Source: Bdellovibrionales bacterium (GTDB taxonomy: Bacteria > Bdellovibrionota > Bdellovibrionia > Bdellovibrionales > DASUEL01). From it: a stretch of DNA of 11,558 nucleotides. Positions within the stretch are counted from its first letter, which is position 1, and the number at the start of each line of letters is the position of its first letter. The DNA lies in contig JBFWOZ010000070.1 of the NCBI GenBank assembly GCA_050250255.1, positions 1 through 11,558 on the forward strand. The letters run 5' to 3'. Below are positions 7,014 to 11,558 of the stretch, piece by piece. Under the pieces are notes generated by a model, which saw nothing but the letters and a program-made list of their open reading frames with translations, was not told the origin of the DNA and ran no database searches. Position numbers and translations under genes: made by a program.

Positions 7014-7048
7014 TTGCATTATGCTTATGCGTCACTTATTAATACGTC
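7014..7048 (+). promoter_or_regulatory. Putative promoter giving a leaderless mRNA for the TIGR02147-like gene
   Basis: TTGCAT (7014-7019), 17 nt, TATTAA (7037-7042), 6 nt, ATG (7049). No SD. Confidence 0.55.
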
Positions 7049-7888
7049 ATGCAAAACGCTGATATCTTTCAATATTCTGACTACCGTAGTTTTTTAAAAA
7101 ATTACGCAAAGGTAAAAAAAGAAGTTTCTCCGCAGTGGACTCTTGGAATGTGGGCGAAGCGTCTGGATCTCAAGGCTACGACTTCGCTCACGATGATTCT
7201 CAATGGTCAGAGGCATCCAGGCCCCAAAATTGTAGAAAGATTTTCGGAATATTTTCATTTTAATAAAAGAGAGAAACAGTTTTTTTCGGATCTTATTCTT
7301 CTCAATAAAATTAAAAATGATAGCCGGCTTAAATTGTTGATCATGCAAGAGTTAAAAAAACTCAGTCCCAACAAATCTTTTCAGTTACTTGATGAGAAAA
7401 CTTTTTCAGCTATTTCTAATTGGTATTTTTACTGCATCAGGCAAATGACCAAACTTCAGGAATTCCACGAAGAGCCTGAGTGGCTCAAGAGACATATTCA
7501 CTTCTTATTAAGCGAAAAGCAGATTCGTTCGAGTATTGAAACTCTTCTTGATCTTCAACTTTTAAAGAGAAGTGAGCATGGGGTTCTCGAAATCTCCAAA
7601 GCGCAACTTCAAACAAGTCAAGACGTTGAATCTGAGGCCATAAAACAATTTCATGAACAGATGTTGGAGAACGCAAAAATTGCTCTTCGAAAAACTGCTG
7701 TAAATAAAAGAGAGTTTTCAGGTCTTACGGTAACGATAAAAAAAGAAAAAATAAATCAGGCAAAAGAACTTTTAAGAAACTTTGTGGATGAATTTGAAAA
7801 ATTGATGATTGAGGAGAAGGGTGACGCCGTCTACCAACTCAATATGCAGTTCTTTCCACTGGCTGAGATCGAAACCAAAACAAAATAA
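7049..7888 (+). CDS. TIGR02147-family protein (N-terminal HTH, C-terminal DUF4423-like domain), putative transcription regulator
   Basis: 279 aa. IFQYSDYRSFLK, an HTH-like WAKRLDLKATTSLTMILNGQR, ISNWYFYCIRQM, AIKQFHEQML, REFSGLT and VYQLNMQFFPL, all recalled hallmarks of this family. Confidence 0.88.
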   Translation: MQNADIFQYSDYRSFLKNYAKVKKEVSPQWTLGMWAKRLDLKATTSLTMILNGQRHPGPKIVERFSEYFHFNKREKQFFSDLILLNKIKNDSRLKLLIMQELKKLSPNKSFQLLDEKTFSAISNWYFYCIRQMTKLQEFHEEPEWLKRHIHFLLSEKQIRSSIETLLDLQLLKRSEHGVLEISKAQLQTSQDVESEAIKQFHEQMLENAKIALRKTAVNKREFSGLTVTIKKEKINQAKELLRNFVDEFEKLMIEEKGDAVYQLNMQFFPLAEIETKTK

Positions 7889-7899
7889 GGAGTACAAAT

Positions 7900-8832
7900 A
7901 TGAAAACAAAATTATTTTTAGCAATTACGGTAATGCTGACGGCTTACACGGTTAAAGCAGATCGCGTCGGAAATGGAACGGATCCTATTCTTGTGGATAA
8001 GGCCGTAATGACAAGAGAAATTACGACCCGTCTTAAAAAGCGAATCAAAACATACTTTCAGTTTTTCAAGGGGGATGATTATCAAGAGGCTTCCGGTAAA
8101 ATGATTTTTGGAGCGCTAAAGGCAAGTAGCGAACGTCTTTCAGATTTTTCAATTCGTCTCGTTGATTCAAGTGTTGGCAGTGAAGCTTGCATTGATCAGA
8201 ATGGCAAAAAAGTTCCACTTTCAACGCAAAAAGGAGATCTTGGAGGAGCTGTTTGTTATGATTTGGAACTTTTAGTAAATGGGCCAAGACCAACTGAGAC
8301 AGTTGGAAAACTCGTAGCTCAAACTCTTCATGAGCTCTATCACCAATTGAATCATGGTGAGAGTCCCGAGCTTTATGTTTTTGAAGCAGATTCTAGTGAT
8401 TTATATGCTGACCGCAATAAAACGCGTGCCACCATTACTTATATCTATAAACCATGGCCGAATCGTGAGGATGTAAGACAAGAAACTTGCGTTAATTTTT
8501 ATGCCTTTGCTAGTGGTGGGCGCATGGAAGTAGATTTCAGTTTTGATAAATATCCAGGTTTCTTTAGTTCACATGTCCCCTCGATACGTGTGGGAAATAA
8601 AGTGATCGACCCTAAAAATATTTACTCGACAACAAACTTAGAAATTCCTGAGGGAGATAACTTTGTTACTTACAGTATTGATTCAAAAACGCCTTCCTAT
8701 TTGTATGTGAAAAGTTCGTTTAATGGATATGGGATTGCTCGTATCCCGTTTGATAATGGTTATGCCAGTTTTTTTGTATCTCGCGATTGTACCGAGCGAG
8801 CACAAAACGCTATCGCAATTGTAAATCCCTAA
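7900..8832 (+). CDS. Secreted hypothetical protein with HExxH motif (possible zinc metallopeptidase-like)
   Basis: SD AAGGAG upstream. Sec signal MKTKLFLAITVMLTAYTVKA, mature start DRVGNGTD, and LHELYH. Starts 11 nt after the regulator stop, so likely co-transcribed. Confidence 0.75.
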   Translation: MKTKLFLAITVMLTAYTVKADRVGNGTDPILVDKAVMTREITTRLKKRIKTYFQFFKGDDYQEASGKMIFGALKASSERLSDFSIRLVDSSVGSEACIDQNGKKVPLSTQKGDLGGAVCYDLELLVNGPRPTETVGKLVAQTLHELYHQLNHGESPELYVFEADSSDLYADRNKTRATITYIYKPWPNREDVRQETCVNFYAFASGGRMEVDFSFDKYPGFFSSHVPSIRVGNKVIDPKNIYSTTNLEIPEGDNFVTYSIDSKTPSYLYVKSSFNGYGIARIPFDNGYASFFVSRDCTERAQNAIAIVNP

Positions 8833-8854
8833 AAAGGGATGTGAGTGCATAGGT

Positions 8855-8884
8855 AAAAAAAGAAGGAGCCTTGCGGGCTCCTTC
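8855..8884 (-). terminator. Rho-independent terminator of the PPIase gene (possibly weakly bidirectional)
   Basis: 9-bp stem GAAGGAGCC (8862-8870)/GGCTCCTTC (8876-8884) with a 5-nt loop, followed by T7 on the minus strand (A-run 8855-8861). Confidence 0.9.
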
Positions 8885-8910
8885 GCTGTTTTGCAATTGA
8901 GAAAAAATGA

Positions 8911-9621
8911 TTACTTCTTCTTTGGCTCAGGTTTTACGATTTCGATGAGTTCTACTTCGAACTGAAGAACGGAGTTTGGTGGGATTCCAGGACGACCCAT
9001 TGGACCGTACGCAAGATCACTTGGGATAACGAGAGTGGCCTTACCACCTGGCTTCATCATCTTAAGAGCTTCTGTCCATCCTTTGATCACGCCATTCACT
9101 GGGAATACGGCTGGTTCGTTACGCGTGTACGAACTGTCGAACTCAGTACCATCAATCAAAGTTCCTTTGTAGTGCACTTTTACGGTGTCAGTTTCTTTAG
9201 GAGCATTTCCTTTTCCTTCAGCTGTCATGATGTACTGAAGACCAGAAGCCGTAACTTTCACGCCCTCTTTCTTTTTGTTCTCTTCAAGAAACTTATCGCC
9301 TTTTTCTTTGTTGCCCTTAGCTTCTTCGTCGCTTTTCTTCATCATGGCTTCACGCATAGACATCATCGTCTGCTGCATTTCTTGGTCGGTCATGCGGCTC
9401 TTGTCACCTTTGAGAACTTCTTTAATAGAAGCGGTGAGAACGTCCACATCCACATCGAGGCCTTGTTGCTTAAAGCTGCTGCCAATTTGTTGGCCAATCG
9501 TGTAGCTGATTTTTTGTTTATCTGTTTTCAATTCCACACTTCCGAACTTATTACATGCAGAGATAGAGACAAGCGCGAAAAGGGCGAAAATGATTTTAGT
9601 TGTTTGAGTCTTGAAAAGCAC
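8911..9621 (-). CDS. fkpA: FKBP-type peptidyl-prolyl cis-trans isomerase, FkpA/Mip-like lipoprotein
   Basis: FKBP_N domain (SYTIGQQIG), VKVTASGLQY, VHYKGTLIDGTEFDSSY, VIKGWTEAL, IPSDLAYG, IPPNSVLQFEVEL. SD AAGGAG (9633-9628) lies 6 nt before GTG 9621, so the start is GTG rather than ATG 9654. Lipobox ISAC. Confidence 0.93.
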   Translation of the reverse strand: MLFKTQTTKIIFALFALVSISACNKFGSVELKTDKQKISYTIGQQIGSSFKQQGLDVDVDVLTASIKEVLKGDKSRMTDQEMQQTMMSMREAMMKKSDEEAKGNKEKGDKFLEENKKKEGVKVTASGLQYIMTAEGKGNAPKETDTVKVHYKGTLIDGTEFDSSYTRNEPAVFPVNGVIKGWTEALKMMKPGGKATLVIPSDLAYGPMGRPGIPPNSVLQFEVELIEIVKPEPKKK

Positions 9622-9709
9622 GGTGCACTCCTTGTAATGATTTGCTCCAATCATTGGATATAATGGAACTTTTGGCTAGGAGATTTTTTTAGCTGCGCCG
9701 CTTAAAAGA

Positions 9710-11558
9710 CTATGGGCACCCGTTAAGAGTGATTCCCTGAGCATAACATGTTCCGTTAGTCGCACCCGTGGCGGTACCTGTTGAGCCTTTTACTTGAGAA
9801 GTGTTGTTGGCGTTTAAGCCCAATACCTGATCAAGAACTTGGATATGAATACGCCCACCACCACCGACTCCGCCGAGAGAGTTGCCATCTCCACCGATCG
9901 TATTAAAGTACATGGATCCGGTAGAAGAGCTGACGGTTTGAGTTTGTAAAAAGATGGATCCACCAGCACCGCCGGCATCATCCAATGCGCTGCCACTACT
10001 TCCGTTGGCAAAAAGATCGAGTGTCCCGTTATTAGTAATTGCGGTCACAAAAAGGCGAATAATTCCGCCCCCATTACCTGCATCGCCGGTTTCTCGGCCT
10101 CCGCCACCGCCCATAAAAAACTTTCCGAGAAGACATTTCATTGAGGCGTCGTAGGTGCTGCCGGGTCCGCAACCATAGCTATCGCCTACAGTTATACCTG
10201 CATTTGTCGATCCGCCTTGGCCCCCGTGTCCACCGCCGGCACCTTCCGTACCAGCATAACCGCCTCCGTTAGCAACTCCCAAGTTGGAGCCGTTGTCCTG
10301 AGCTCCCTCGACGCCTTGTCCACGAGTTCTTGTGGCTGTACCGCCTTTAAAGCCTGTTCCGCTCACATCAAAATCTGCAGTTGTTCCAGAATCAATCGTT
10401 AATTGTCCTGCAATACGCATGATTAAAATCCCAATATCTGTGTGATCTGTGATGGAAAGATCCATGACGCCAGCCGAAGTCCCAGCCTTGATGATTTTTG
10501 TCCCTCCACCAGAAACAGTGAGGTTATTAATATGAGGGACTCGTACGGCAACCAATCGGCAGAATTCAGGCGTGACCCCTGTTCCTGCGGCTGTGAGTTG
10601 AGTATTACCAATGGTTAAAAAACGAGAGTCATTCATTTCCATGAGAAACGAAGTCCCGCCTGAAAAACTTTTTACGATTCCACTCGTAGAATAACCGGGA
10701 GCAAGCTGCGTCCCGCAAGCTGTGGTTCCGGCGCCTGCTGCAACGTAGAGCATAATTTCATCGCCAATTGCTAAGTTATTAGAGGTCCATGAACTTTGAA
10801 TCGTGATTTGGGCAGCATTGGGAAGTGCAGTGGTGGAGGCGTTAACAATGGTATTGACTCGAGAAAAACTGGTGAGATAGCGTCCACTTGTTGGTGAAGT
10901 GATATTTTTTAACTCGGCTGGAGAAGCAGAAATGGTGATGTCTCCATCGTAACCAACTCCATAAAAACCACCAGTTGTGTTATCAGAACTTGCAAAATGA
11001 CAATCATTTACTTTGGTTGTGGAATAGGCAGCCGTCATGGTGAGGCTCATGTCCCCGGGCTGTAGGTTTTGTTCCACTTTTCCAAGCACATGTGGATAGG
11101 AGAGTCGGCCGTTGGGAAGTGATTGATTAAAAAAATCACGACAATCGCTCGCTGCCATTACATTAAATCCCACAAGGAGAATAGAACGTACGCCGGAAGG
11201 AATGTTACTGATGCTTAAGTTTTGTCCAGCAGGTACTCCTCCTACAGCTGCTCCGATACCAAAGGTTTGTCCATCGGAAGTGCTGCACATTCCTTTTTGG
11301 TTATAGTCACCCCCGCCCACGAGTACGGCAAAACAATCAAACCCCGAAAGCTGGGCAGGATTTAAAAGGGAGTTGAAGGGGCTTGTGTTTGTTGTAAAAG
11401 GTGTGAGGTTTGCCGTTGATGAAGTTGAGGCCAGCTGGAATGTTTGGGGTGCACTCGTAACAGAGAGTTGTTGTGTGGTTGGCATGCGCACGGTGAGCGA
11501 AGAAACATTCGTCTCCTTTTGAGAGCGAGTACATGCGATTTGTGTGACGAGTGCCAAA
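9710..11558 (-). CDS. Large exported/surface protein with C-terminal glycine-rich domain (5' end outside the window); possible lipoprotein/adhesin
   Basis: Frame open to the window edge. Tail of a signal-like segment ..LALVTQIAC, S/T-rich linker, several Cys. The C-terminal ~210 aa has repeated GxG/GGxGG runs each followed by a hydrophobic strand (GGGIIRL, GGSIFL, GGGRIHI). Confidence 0.8.
   Translation of the reverse strand, partial: LALVTQIACTRSQKETNVSSLTVRMPTTQQLSVTSAPQTFQLASTSSTANLTPFTTNTSPFNSLLNPAQLSGFDCFAVLVGGGDYNQKGMCSTSDGQTFGIGAAVGGVPAGQNLSISNIPSGVRSILLVGFNVMAASDCRDFFNQSLPNGRLSYPHVLGKVEQNLQPGDMSLTMTAAYSTTKVNDCHFASSDNTTGGFYGVGYDGDITISASPAELKNITSPTSGRYLTSFSRVNTIVNASTTALPNAAQITIQSSWTSNNLAIGDEIMLYVAAGAGTTACGTQLAPGYSTSGIVKSFSGGTSFLMEMNDSRFLTIGNTQLTAAGTGVTPEFCRLVAVRVPHINNLTVSGGGTKIIKAGTSAGVMDLSITDHTDIGILIMRIAGQLTIDSGTTADFDVSGTGFKGGTATRTRGQGVEGAQDNGSNLGVANGGGYAGTEGAGGGHGGQGGSTNAGITVGDSYGCGPGSTYDASMKCLLGKFFMGGGGGRETGDAGNGGGIIRLFVTAITNNGTLDLFANGSSGSALDDAGGAGGSIFLQTQTVSSSTGSMYFNTIGGDGNSLGGVGGGGRIHIQVLDQVLGLNANNTSQVKGSTGTATGATNGTCYAQGITLNGCP

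Noticed and set aside
8825..8840. Hairpin ATCCCT-AAAA-AGGGAT over the stop of the secreted gene as a terminator
   Set aside because: Only a 6-bp stem with no following U-tract.
9636..9655. AATGAT...ATCATT as a Fur box
   Set aside because: The half-sites are 8 bp apart instead of 1 bp in the Fur consensus.
9172..9663. 163-aa and 76-aa + strand ORFs
   Set aside because: Antisense to the FKBP gene.

Overview
Bacterial chromosomal segment. Gene content (TIGR02147-like regulator, a DUF222-like HNH protein, a secreted 'xRVGNG' protein, a Gly-rich surface protein) suggests Bdellovibrionota or a related lineage; this is inference. Order: 3' end of an HNH endonuclease (+), a three-hairpin structured element, metG and lpxD (-, coupled by a GTGA overlap), a histone-H1-like protein with a Tudor/SH3-like C-terminus (+), a 119-bp ERIC/MITE-like fold-back element, infA (-) divergent from tex (+), an AT-rich cassette (perfect 18-bp palindrome, TIGR02147-like HTH protein, secreted HExxH protein), a terminator, an FkpA/Mip-type PPIase lipoprotein (-), and a 5'-truncated Gly-rich surface protein (-). 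The clearest hidden signal is that three SD-less genes (lpxD, infA, TIGR02147) share the same promoter geometry, TTGnnn-17-TAnnnn-6-ATG. This points to leaderless mRNAs from -10 boxes lacking the -7 T. Other leads are the structured GGA-loop element directly after the HNH gene and the palindrome-regulator-secreted protein cassette. No CRISPR array, tRNA or rRNA was seen.
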